Shown here in pieces: positions 7,446-15,644 of a stretch of 17,694 bases of DNA. A model generated the notes under the pieces. The model was not told where the DNA came from, did not search any database, and saw only the letters and a program-made list of their open reading frames with translations. The position numbers were made by a program, and so were the translations under genes. The DNA is from Abditibacteriaceae bacterium (lineage in GTDB: Bacteria; Armatimonadota; Abditibacteriia; Abditibacteriales; Abditibacteriaceae), in contig JANMKN010000240.1 in NCBI GenBank assembly GCA_031372065.1, positions 1 to 17,694 of the forward strand, written 5' to 3'. The number at the start of each line of letters is the position of its first letter. Positions within the stretch are counted from its first letter, which is position 1.

Positions 7446-7928
7446 TCAGCGTTTTTCAAGGTCGAATTCATCGGCTAAAGCCGTTAATTGCGCAAAAGAT
7501 TCGCGGCTTAATTCTTTGGGCGCTCTTTCTGGCAAATGCAGCAAAAGGCCATCAATTTCCGGCGATAAAGCACGCACCAAAGCGCGGCCATCTAAAATAA
7601 TCGTGGGCTGTTCAGGCGCTCGCGCATAAATTGGCAAAAGCCTGCCGCCGCGACCTTTGGGGCGCTTGTTTTTCGTTTTTTCATCGGGCAGCGCCAAGCG
7701 ATATTGCCCCGCTTTAGCATGGACGAAAGCGAAACTTTTATCAGCCTCTGTTTGCACCGCGACAAACCACGCGTTGCATTCCACTATGGCGCGCAAAAGC
7801 GGTGGCAGGCCTTTCTTTTGAAGCGTGACCGCGAAAATGTCCCTGATTTTCGCGTCGAACTGCGTGTGCCTCGCCTTTATTTCCGCTTCGTCTGGCAATT
7901 CCAAAAAACGTCGCAGTTTTTCGTCCAT
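7446..7928 (-). CDS. Hypothetical protein (weak SseB-like pattern)
   Basis: 160 aa starting 10 bp after the Nudix stop, so probably co-transcribed. LLPIY...ILDGRALVRAL...GLLL loosely recalls the SseB N-terminal domain. Confidence 0.7.
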   Translation of the reverse strand: MDEKLRRFLELPDEAEIKARHTQFDAKIRDIFAVTLQKKGLPPLLRAIVECNAWFVAVQTEADKSFAFVHAKAGQYRLALPDEKTKNKRPKGRGGRLLPIYARAPEQPTIILDGRALVRALSPEIDGLLLHLPERAPKELSRESFAQLTALADEFDLEKR

Positions 7929-7937
7929 GAGGAGATT

Positions 7938-8483
7938 TTATATCGCTTTTTGCGCGAGTAGCAGGCCCATAATTGTCAGCGCGTCGTTGATTTCTCCCGA
8001 AAAAACCATTTGCAGCGCTTCATCCAGCATTACGCGGCGCGTGAGAAGTTGCTCGGTGCCTTCGGGCGACGCTTCGCCTTGAACCAGTTGCGTCGCTAAA
8101 AATAAGTAGCCGCGCTCGTCGCTGATGGAATTGGAAAGATGTATTTCGCCGCCGATTTGCACAATTTGCGCGGCAATTAAACCTGTTTCTTCGCGTAATT
8201 CGCGCCGCGCGGCCTCAAGTGGCGTTTCGTCAAACGGGCAGCCGCCTTCGGGAATTTCCCACGAATATTCGTTCATGGTGTAGCGAAACTGCCCGACGAG
8301 CGTAATAGTGCCATCCTCGTGCAAAGGCACCACGCCAATCGCATGGTTTTGCGGCGAAACGACACCGTAAAGGCCCAGTTTTCCATCGGGTCGCAAAACT
8401 TGGTCTTCGCGCACTTTTATCCACGCGTTTTCGTAAATCGCACGGCTCGACAGCGTTTTCCACGGGTTATCGAAGGGATTCAT
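7938..8483 (-). CDS. Nudix hydrolase (ADP-ribose pyrophosphatase-like)
   Basis: 181 aa with Nudix box GGCPFDETPLEAARRELREETGL. Also has YENAWIKVREDQV, LVGQFRY..WEIPEG and GEINDALTI, typical of the ADPRase subfamily. Confidence 0.95.
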   Translation of the reverse strand: MNPFDNPWKTLSSRAIYENAWIKVREDQVLRPDGKLGLYGVVSPQNHAIGVVPLHEDGTITLVGQFRYTMNEYSWEIPEGGCPFDETPLEAARRELREETGLIAAQIVQIGGEIHLSNSISDERGYLFLATQLVQGEASPEGTEQLLTRRVMLDEALQMVFSGEINDALTIMGLLLAQKAI

Positions 8484-8578
8484 GGAGATTTAAGCCCGGC
8501 ACGACGAGCAAAATGAAAAGCAACAATTGACGCACGCGCATAGGAAACGGAAGTCTAATTCCTTTATTCTCTTTGTTC

Positions 8579-8862
8579 CGCCCTCTTTTGGAAGATCACG
8601 CCATCTTCTGAACCAGTCCGCCATAAGATAGAAGATCGCGCCAGCCTTCTGAGCCATCGCGCCACAGGATAGAAGTTTGCGCCACATTCTGAAAGAATGC
8701 GCCATGCTTCTGAAAGAATGCGCCACATTCTGAAAGAATGCGCCAGCCTTCTGAGCCGTCGCGCCACGATTTAAGGCTTTGTGCCGTCGTTTTACGCATC
8801 GCGCGGGCTTCTGAGGCATCCGGCCATCATTTGGAAGTTCCACGCAAGGTTCTGAGGCATCC
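8579..8862. repeat. Intergenic degenerate tandem array of ~14 units of 20-21 bp
   Basis: Units begin CGCCA (or a variant) at 8579, 8599, 8619, 8639, 8660, 8680, 8700, 8721, 8741, 8762, 8782, 8802, 8822 and 8842. Units 8680 and 8721 are identical (CGCCACATTCTGAAAGAATG), and units 8639 and 8741 differ by one base. Confidence 0.9.
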
Positions 8863-8975
8863 GCGCATAATCGCCGCGTCCAAAGGCGCCGGCTAAAATG
8901 ACAATCTATGGAGCGCGGGCGTTTCGCTCGCAAAGCTCGAATGTGGGCAGGATACCTGCATTCCCTAAGCTATCT

Positions 8976-9824
8976 ATGAAGATGATTTTTCCTCTGCCCC
9001 TTCTCGATTTTTACGGCGCGCCATTAACGGCGCTGCTTTTTGGAGTGCTATTTTTTTTGCAGTGGAAAAAGCCGTTGCGAGGGCAAAAATTGGCAGTTTG
9101 GCGGCGCACTTTTATCAATTTGGTCGTGGCGCTGCCCGGTTTTGCAATGTTGCGCCTGCTTTTGGTGCCGTTGCCGTATTTGGCGGCAGTTTGGGCGCAA
9201 AAAAATGGCTTTGGCCTCTTAAATTGGCTGCACGCGCCACTGCTTTTGAATGTAATTTGCGGCCTGATTGTCTTCGATTACGCCTATTATTGGTGGCACG
9301 TTGCGACGCATAAAGTGCCGCTGCTCTGGCGCTTTCATAACGTGCATCACACCGATTTGGATTTAGATGTCAGCACGGCGGCGCGCTTTCACGCGGGCGA
9401 AATTCTGCTGTCGGTGCCGTTTCGCATGATGTGGGCGACGCTGACCGGAATTGCGCCGCTGGCGCTACTCATTTTTGAAATTTGCTTCGAGTGCGCCACC
9501 CAGTTTCATCATTCCAATTGGCATTTGCCGCGAGGCTTTGAGCGCGCGTTAAATTTTGTGTTCATCACGCCGCGTTTACATGGCGTGCATCATTCGATTG
9601 TGCAACGCGAAGCCGATTCCAATTGGGGCACGATATTTTCTTTTTGGGACAGAATCCATCGCTCGCGGCGCGATGACATCAAACAAAACGAAATTACCAT
9701 CGGCGTTCCGGCATGGCGCGATGAAAACGAACTTGGCGTTGTGCAACTGTGGAAAATGCCCTTCGGCACGCAACGCGATTGGCATTTGCCCGACGGAAGC
9801 GTGCCGGAGCGGGACGATTCTTGA
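8976..9824 (+). CDS. Sterol desaturase / fatty acid hydroxylase family membrane enzyme
   Basis: 282 aa from ATG 8976 with His boxes DYAYYWWHVATH, LWRFHNVHH, QFHHSN and ITPRLHGVHH followed by SNWG.IFS.WDR. Several TM segments. Confidence 0.93.
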   Translation: MKMIFPLPLLDFYGAPLTALLFGVLFFLQWKKPLRGQKLAVWRRTFINLVVALPGFAMLRLLLVPLPYLAAVWAQKNGFGLLNWLHAPLLLNVICGLIVFDYAYYWWHVATHKVPLLWRFHNVHHTDLDLDVSTAARFHAGEILLSVPFRMMWATLTGIAPLALLIFEICFECATQFHHSNWHLPRGFERALNFVFITPRLHGVHHSIVQREADSNWGTIFSFWDRIHRSRRDDIKQNEITIGVPAWRDENELGVVQLWKMPFGTQRDWHLPDGSVPERDDS

Positions 9825-9927
9825 GATTAATATACCTGTTGAAGGCCAATACATTGCCTTAGAGCATCGGTTATCAAAATCGCCGGGCCTCAATTGTGTA
9901 AACGGGTCTGATGATGCGGAAAACTCT

Positions 9928-10716
9928 ATGACGACGATGACTCCCTCAAGACCTTTGCACACAACCGGTGCCACAGCGGAACTTTTCGCGGATTCCTTTG
10001 ATTCCTGGATTGAGCCAGCCGAGGCGCTCTCTCATGACATTTCAGCACCGAGCGCGACCAATGCCATGAAGTGGACTGTGTGGACAGAAAACGACGCGGG
10101 CAGCGATTGGCCTGCGGAAGCTGCCGAAGTTTTTCAACCAGTGGAAACCTCGCGAAATGCCGAGCGCGCTTTGCGAGGTTTTGCCTTGTTTATCGTGGGA
10201 TTAACAGGGCTTGTTTTGCTGGCTTCGCTGTTCTCGTTTGGCGTGTCAAGATTGCGCAGACCGCTGCCCCTTAGCAGTGCCCTGCCGAAGATTTCCACGC
10301 AGCAGCGGGCGAGATGGCAAAATGCGATCACGCAAAATGCCTTTGAATTCGCGCGTTTGCAGGCGAAATCGCAAGGTCACAGTCTGAGCGCCAATGAAAA
10401 ACAAAGCGCGGCGCAAAAAGCGATTTTACAAACCGTCAACGCGGGCGGCCCTGATTACTCAAATTTTGCTGCCGCCAAAACTGCCGGAGCTGTAAATAAT
10501 ACGCTGTGGAATTTAGCGTCCCAAGGTGCGGCGCGCGGCGGCACACTGCCGATTCGCGCTGCGCATCGCGTTGCAGCAAGAACTTATTCGGCGCCCGTGC
10601 GCCACACCAGAGTGGCGCACACCAAGCGCCGCCCTGCGCCGCAAAGACACGCTGTCATTTTAGGGCGCGGCCCGGTGCGCGAAGACACAAGTTCAATTAT
10701 CGTTATTCGCGATTAA
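9928..10716 (+). CDS. Hypothetical single-pass membrane protein
   Basis: 262 aa from ATG 9928 (start uncertain): acidic N-region, one TM (GFALFIVGLTGLVLLASLFSFGV) and an Arg/His-rich C-tail. It occupies the space between two known genes and is followed by a hairpin. Confidence 0.7.
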   Translation: MTTMTPSRPLHTTGATAELFADSFDSWIEPAEALSHDISAPSATNAMKWTVWTENDAGSDWPAEAAEVFQPVETSRNAERALRGFALFIVGLTGLVLLASLFSFGVSRLRRPLPLSSALPKISTQQRARWQNAITQNAFEFARLQAKSQGHSLSANEKQSAAQKAILQTVNAGGPDYSNFAAAKTAGAVNNTLWNLASQGAARGGTLPIRAAHRVAARTYSAPVRHTRVAHTKRRPAPQRHAVILGRGPVREDTSSIIVIRD

Positions 10717-10737
10717 AACCCTACTGAGAATCTCTTC

Positions 10738-10779
10738 AACACAAAGGCACGAGGACAAAAGTCTTCGTGCCTTTGTGTT
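10738..10779 (+). terminator. Stem-loop, probable intrinsic terminator
   Basis: AACACAAAGGCACGAGGAC-AAAA-GTCTTCGTGCCTTTGTGTT forms a 19-bp stem with one G-U pair, 22 bp after the stop at 10716. Confidence 0.7.
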
Positions 10780-10799
10780 TGGAAGCGTAAACTGCTGGC

Positions 10800-12080
10800 G
10801 TGAATTCTGATTGGGATGTGATTGTCGTTGGCGCGGGCGCGGCGGGTTTGATGGCGGCGATTTTTGCGGCTCGTCAGGCCGTAGACGGCCAATTTTCGCG
10901 CGTTTTGCTGCTGGATGGCCAAACCAAAATCGGCGCGAAAATTCTGGTGGCGGGCGGCGGGCGCTGCAATGTCACCAACGAATTTGTCGCCGCCACGCGT
11001 TTTCATAACGAAAGCGACGAAGCGGGCACAGCGCAAAAGCATCCGCATAAAACCTTCGTGGGCCGCGTGTTGCGCGCCTTTAGCGTCGAAGCGACACATC
11101 GCTTCTTCAGTGATGCCGGTGTGGAACTCAAACTCGAAGAAACCGGCAAATACTTTCCTGTTTCCAATTCGGCGCGCACCGTTTTAAGCGCGCTTTTGGA
11201 AGAAGTCGAAAACAGCGGCGCGGTTTTGAAAACCGATTGCCGTGTGACGGGAATTCGTCACGAAAAAAACTGGCAAATTCATACTTCGCAAGACGCGTTT
11301 TCTGCGCCCGCGCTTATCATTTGCACCGGCGGTTTGGCGCTTCCCAAAAGCGGCAGCGATGGCGCCGGTTATCAATTTGCGCGGCAATTCGGTCACGCGA
11401 TTGTCGCCACAACGCCCGCGCTTTCGCCTTTACTGGCCCATCCGCCACGCCACGCCGATTTATCGGGCATTACGCTCCATGCGCGCTTGACTTTGCGCGT
11501 CGAAAAGCAAAGTTTAACGCGTTACGATGGCTCATTTTTATTCACACACGTCGGCTATTCCGGCCCTTTGGCGCTGAATATCTCGCGCCATTTTGCGCGA
11601 ACGAAAAAGGCGAAAATTTATTTGAATCTGCTGCCGGAAGTCGAAGAAAACGTAAATTCGCGCTGGTGGCACGAATTGGTAAATGGCAACGCCAAAAAAA
11701 CGTTGGTGCGTGCGCTTGCGATGTTTTTGCCCGAACGTGTAGCCGTTATGATCGCGCGCGAAGCACAAGTGGACGGGCAGAAACCTCTTGGCAAATTATC
11801 GGGCGAAGAAGCGCGCCGCGTGCAAAATGCGCTTTGCGATTTGCCTTTGCCCGTCAGCGATGTGGCGCCGTATTACAAAGCCGAAGCGACGGCGGGAGGC
11901 GTTGCTTTAAATGAAATTGAACCAGCAACCATGATGTCGAAATTGCAGCCCGGCCTGTTTTTCGCGGGCGAAGTTTGCGATGTGGACGGCTGGCTTGGCG
12001 GCTACAATTTTCAATGGGCGTGGAGCAGCGGCGCCGTCGCCGGACGAAGCGCCGCCCGCTTTGCCTTGCGCTCTTCGTGA
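10800..12080 (+). CDS. HI0933/YhiN (BaiN/RdsA-like) family flavoprotein
   Basis: 426 aa with VIVVGAGAAGLMAA, KILVAGGGRCNVTN, E.GKYFP.SNSA, CTGGLALPKSGSDG.GY, LFTH.GYSGP, AEATAGGV and GLFFAGEVCDVDGWLGGYNFQWAWSSG. Confidence 0.96.
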   Translation: MNSDWDVIVVGAGAAGLMAAIFAARQAVDGQFSRVLLLDGQTKIGAKILVAGGGRCNVTNEFVAATRFHNESDEAGTAQKHPHKTFVGRVLRAFSVEATHRFFSDAGVELKLEETGKYFPVSNSARTVLSALLEEVENSGAVLKTDCRVTGIRHEKNWQIHTSQDAFSAPALIICTGGLALPKSGSDGAGYQFARQFGHAIVATTPALSPLLAHPPRHADLSGITLHARLTLRVEKQSLTRYDGSFLFTHVGYSGPLALNISRHFARTKKAKIYLNLLPEVEENVNSRWWHELVNGNAKKTLVRALAMFLPERVAVMIAREAQVDGQKPLGKLSGEEARRVQNALCDLPLPVSDVAPYYKAEATAGGVALNEIEPATMMSKLQPGLFFAGEVCDVDGWLGGYNFQWAWSSGAVAGRSAARFALRSS

Positions 12081-12087
12081 GATTCTG

Positions 12088-12209
12088 AATAGAACACGGA
12101 TTTCATACACGGAAACGACACAGATGAACACGGTTTAAAAGTAGGTTTGAAATCTTCCAATTTCTGTGAAAACCCTTGTCGTTTCCGTGTATGAAATCCG
12201 TGTTCTATT
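12088..12209. repeat. 33-bp perfect inverted repeat with a 56-bp spacer (MITE-like element / bidirectional terminator)
   Basis: AATAGAACACGGATTTCATACACGGAAACGACA (12088-12120) is the exact reverse complement of 12177-12209. It is built from ACAC[GA]G subunits, and the right arm includes the sthA stop codon. Confidence 0.9.
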
Positions 12210-13668
12210 TATGCTCTGGCGTTTTGAATTTCTTTTGCAGGGCGTCGGCTTCTTGCATGACTTGTTCGCGTTGTTTTTCGAGGCGACTGAGGCGATGCAG
12301 CGCGTCGTAGGCGGCGTATTTGTAAACATCGCTGAGAGTTGGATAATTGAAAACTGCGTGCAGCAAAACATCAATGGTGCCGCCTTGCAGCATGACCATC
12401 ATGCCAATGTGAATCAGTTCGGAGGCGTTTTCGCCGATGATGTGAATGCCAATTAGTTTTCTGTCTTCGGGCGAGAGAATCAGCTTCAACATTCCCGACG
12501 TGTCGCCGATAATTTGGCCGCGCGTGTTGTTGCGATAGTAAGCGCGGCCCACTTCGTATTCGATGTCTTTTGTGAGGCAATCTTCTTCGGTCAGACCAAC
12601 CATTGAGGTTTCGGGAATGGTGTAAATGCCATACGGCAAAAGCGGCGCGAGTTTAGATTTGTATTTCAAATCGAAGGCGTTCACCATAGCCACACGCGCT
12701 TGTTCCATCGAGGTGGAAGCCAAAGCCGGAAAGCCAATCACATCGCCCGCTGCGTAGATGTGCGGCACGTTGGTGCAGTAGTTTTCATCTACGACAATCA
12801 GACCGCGCTTGCCGGTTTCGACGCCCGCGTTTTCCAGTTTTAAATCGGCGGTGTTGCTTTGCCTTCCAGCGGCATAAAGCAGTTTTTCGGCGACAAAAGT
12901 TTTGCCGTTTTTTAGTTGCACCGTGACGTTGTTCGCTCCCGGCGTGATGGCGTCGTATTCCACGCCCAACTGCAAATTGATGCGCCAACGGTTGCGCATT
13001 TGGCGCATCAAAATGTCCACGATTTCGCGGTCGAGATTGGCCAAAAGTTCGGTGCGCCCGTCAATCAAAGTCACGTCTATGCCCAGCGCCGCGAAGATGG
13101 ATGAATACTCGCAACCGATAACGCCCGCGCCGATGATAATCATGCTCTTGGGAATGCGATCCAACCACAAAATCGAGTCGCTGTCGTAAACGTTTTCGTG
13201 GTCAACCGGCACGTTATCGGGATGATAGGGCGAGCTGCCCGTCGCAATGAGAATCACTTCGCCGTGCAATACAATGTCATGCCCGGCGGTGTCCACGATG
13301 AGTTCGTGCGGCGCGTTAAACCGCGCCGTGCCACGATAGCGATCAACGTTGTGCCAGCGCAGGTTTTCTTCGATTAAGTCCCATTCTTTTTCGACGACTT
13401 CACGCTTGCGCTCCATGAAATCGGCGACGGAAATATCGGGCTGCAAACTGACGCTCACGCCATGCAAACCACGCTGCCGGAAGCCCGATAAATGCAGCGC
13501 GCTTTCGCGCAGCGTTTTGCTGGGAACAGTGCCGGTATTGACGCCCGCGCCGCCGACAACCACTTCGCGCTCGATAAGCGCCACGCTTTTGCCGAAATAC
13601 GCCGCCTGCGCCGCGCCTTTTTCCCCCGCTGGGCCGGAGCCAATCACGATTAAATCGTAGCTTCGCAT
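12205..13668 (-). CDS. sthA: Soluble (Si-specific) pyridine nucleotide transhydrogenase
   Basis: 487 aa with YDLIVIGSGPAGEKGAAQAAYFGK, NTGTVPSKTLRE, IIGAGVIGCEYSSIF, AAGDVIGFPALASTSMEQAR, PYGIYTIPE and VFNYPTLSDVYKYAAYD. No redox CxxxxC, and YPT replaces the HPT of Lpd. Confidence 0.94.
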   Translation of the reverse strand: MRSYDLIVIGSGPAGEKGAAQAAYFGKSVALIEREVVVGGAGVNTGTVPSKTLRESALHLSGFRQRGLHGVSVSLQPDISVADFMERKREVVEKEWDLIEENLRWHNVDRYRGTARFNAPHELIVDTAGHDIVLHGEVILIATGSSPYHPDNVPVDHENVYDSDSILWLDRIPKSMIIIGAGVIGCEYSSIFAALGIDVTLIDGRTELLANLDREIVDILMRQMRNRWRINLQLGVEYDAITPGANNVTVQLKNGKTFVAEKLLYAAGRQSNTADLKLENAGVETGKRGLIVVDENYCTNVPHIYAAGDVIGFPALASTSMEQARVAMVNAFDLKYKSKLAPLLPYGIYTIPETSMVGLTEEDCLTKDIEYEVGRAYYRNNTRGQIIGDTSGMLKLILSPEDRKLIGIHIIGENASELIHIGMMVMLQGGTIDVLLHAVFNYPTLSDVYKYAAYDALHRLSRLEKQREQVMQEADALQKKFKTPEHK

Positions 13669-13737
13669 GAGATATTTTAGATTTCCTTTGAACTCTGAGT
13701 ATGGCTAAACTGCAAGATGGCTCACAGGAGAAATAAT

Positions 13738-14673
13738 ATGAAGACCTTTGCGAGTTTCAGTTTGGTTTTGTTGCTTGGCGCGGCTGCGTTTGGTGCCGAT
13801 GCGCCCGTTGCGACTGTCGCTCCGCAGGAAATTCCTGAATTGTTGCCGAAAAAGACCAATCAAACCACGGCTGTCATCAAATTGCACTATGTGAAACCCA
13901 CTTTAATGGTGCAGTGGCTTGATGCGAAAAATCATCCAGAAACTATGATGGATTGCGGCGGAATCCGCACTACCTCAGGTGTATTTCCAAAAACGCAAAC
14001 TATTTTTGACCTGCCGGAAGGCATAGACAATTTAGTGGCTATTGAGCAGCAGAACAGTGTTCTGGCTCACGGCACCAACGAAGCGGTTAAACAATTGAAA
14101 CAACTCATTGCGTTGGTAGATCAACCACGCAAAACCGTGGAATTGGAAGTCGCGCTTTATACAACGGATTTAGAAACGGTCAAAAAACTAAATTCTTCGG
14201 TTGTTCCTCCGGCTTCAACAGACAAAACGCCTTTGGCTGTAAGCGACACTGCGGTAGGCCTAATTTTCCTGAGTAAAAAGAACGTTTTTGAAGAAGCCGT
14301 CGCTCGTGGTCAGGCGCAATTGCTAAAAACCGAAAAGTTACGCGCTTTGAATAATCTTGCGATTTGCAGCGAAACTAAATTTCCCATCAACGATGCGCTA
14401 CAATTGTCCACTTTTCAAATAAAATTGGTGCTGACTATCAACGGCGATGGGACAATTACCGTTTTAGCACAACCCTCAATTCAACAAACCAAAACGATTG
14501 AAAACCAAGAAGCGCCCGCTTATTCCAACTCCATGGTAAATACCGTTTTTATCGCGCGCGACGGTGATACAGTCGGGTTATCGCTCGGCACAGGGCAAGA
14601 TAAAACGCAAATGTGGCTTTGCCTGATTACACCACGCCTCGTGAAGGAAAACGCCGTCTCTCCTCAAAAATGA
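13738..14673 (+). CDS. Short secretin-like protein (one Secretin_N/N3-like domain plus a reduced C-terminal domain)
   Basis: AGGAG RBS, signal peptide, 311 aa. VIKLHYVKP...LPEGIDNLVAIEQQNSVLAHGTNEAVKQLKQLIALVDQPRKTVELEV matches the secretin N3 motif and its junction to the secretin core. Later segments are LRALNN, INGDGTITV, ARDGDTV and LITPRLV. Confidence 0.75.
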   Translation: MKTFASFSLVLLLGAAAFGADAPVATVAPQEIPELLPKKTNQTTAVIKLHYVKPTLMVQWLDAKNHPETMMDCGGIRTTSGVFPKTQTIFDLPEGIDNLVAIEQQNSVLAHGTNEAVKQLKQLIALVDQPRKTVELEVALYTTDLETVKKLNSSVVPPASTDKTPLAVSDTAVGLIFLSKKNVFEEAVARGQAQLLKTEKLRALNNLAICSETKFPINDALQLSTFQIKLVLTINGDGTITVLAQPSIQQTKTIENQEAPAYSNSMVNTVFIARDGDTVGLSLGTGQDKTQMWLCLITPRLVKENAVSPQK

Positions 14674-15605
14674 AGTTTCTTTTTCGCCCAGCGCGCTTGG
14701 TGGCAAGCACCGCCACAAGCGCGCTTCTTTTTGCTTCACTCTCTGGTTGTTCGCCGCAATGGATCAAGGACAAAGTGAAAGAACGTGTCGCGGCACGACG
14801 ACAGGCGCGCAAGAAAAGTAATATTCCCACGCGTCTCGAATGGCGTTCGCGACCCGAAATGCCCAAAGCCGCTTTGCCCGCGCTATGGAGCCTCAAAGTG
14901 CTGGATTTGCGCACTGATAAGGACAATCCAAAAGGTATTGTCACCTACGATGCGCCGCACGCTGTGGCGATGCATTTGTTTGTTATCTCGCATGATGGCA
15001 GCCAATACGCGCATCTTTATCCCGAACCGCGCGATTACGGCAATTTTTTGGTGCGTCCGGTCATTCCGCGCGCCGGTTCGTATCAGTTTTTCGTAGATTT
15101 CATGCCGATTGATGGCTTTGCGACAATGCATTCGCAAAAGTTCATCGTATCCGGCGAGAACGCCTTGAAAACGCAAAAATTCTGGCCCGACAAAGCGCAA
15201 GATGGCTGGCTGGAAAAGCAAGTGCAAGCGCGCGAAGAGCAAAGTTTCGAGCCGAAAAGCGATGCGCCCTTTTATATTGTGCAATTGCAAAATATCAACT
15301 GGCAAACTAAGCAAAAGTTAAAATTCAAAGCGCGCGTTTTGGATTCAAACAATGTGCCGCTGACCGATTTGCAATTGCATTTAAACGGCGCCGCTTATGG
15401 CGTGGCAATAAGAGAAGATGGCGAACAATTTGTGCGTTTGGAAGCGGCTTCGCGCCCCGAAAAAGCCATCGAAACCACCTTTAGCGGCACTTTTTCGGCG
15501 CCCGGACTTTATAGAATCTGGCTGGAATTTCGCCACGCAGATAAAGTCATCGTCGCGCCGTTTACAATTCGCGTCGCGCCGGGCACAGCCGCCAAACGCA
15601 AATGA
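14670..15605 (+). CDS. Lipoprotein related to secreted His-motif (putative heavy-metal-binding) Ig-like proteins
   Basis: ATGA overlap with the previous stop and lipobox LSGC (Cys27). 311 aa with two similar halves: MHLFVISHDGSQYAHLYP...PRAGSYQFFVDFMP and YGVAIREDGEQFVRL...FSAPGLYRIWLEF...APFTIRV. Confidence 0.75.
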   Translation: MKFLFRPARLVASTATSALLFASLSGCSPQWIKDKVKERVAARRQARKKSNIPTRLEWRSRPEMPKAALPALWSLKVLDLRTDKDNPKGIVTYDAPHAVAMHLFVISHDGSQYAHLYPEPRDYGNFLVRPVIPRAGSYQFFVDFMPIDGFATMHSQKFIVSGENALKTQKFWPDKAQDGWLEKQVQAREEQSFEPKSDAPFYIVQLQNINWQTKQKLKFKARVLDSNNVPLTDLQLHLNGAAYGVAIREDGEQFVRLEAASRPEKAIETTFSGTFSAPGLYRIWLEFRHADKVIVAPFTIRVAPGTAAKRK

Positions 15606-15644
15606 GGCGTGCGACTTGCAGAAAACTTTTGCCCGGTGAGAATC

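Noticed and set aside
8579..8862. CRISPR array interpretation of the 20/21-bp repeats
   Set aside because: There is no constant 23-47-bp repeat separated by unique spacers. The units are contiguous and degenerate, and no cas genes are nearby.
8490..8933. Minus-strand ORFs (147, 67 and 67 aa) across the repeat array
   Set aside because: The same peptide fragments appear in different frames because most units are 20 bp. There is no RBS or family motif, so these are probably by-products of the repeat.
9556..9927. N-terminal extensions in the ORF track (starts at 9556, 4138, 8898, 14613, 15609, 17524)
   Set aside because: Some overlap upstream genes, and the others precede better starts that have an RBS or signal peptide, or fit the family N-terminus better.
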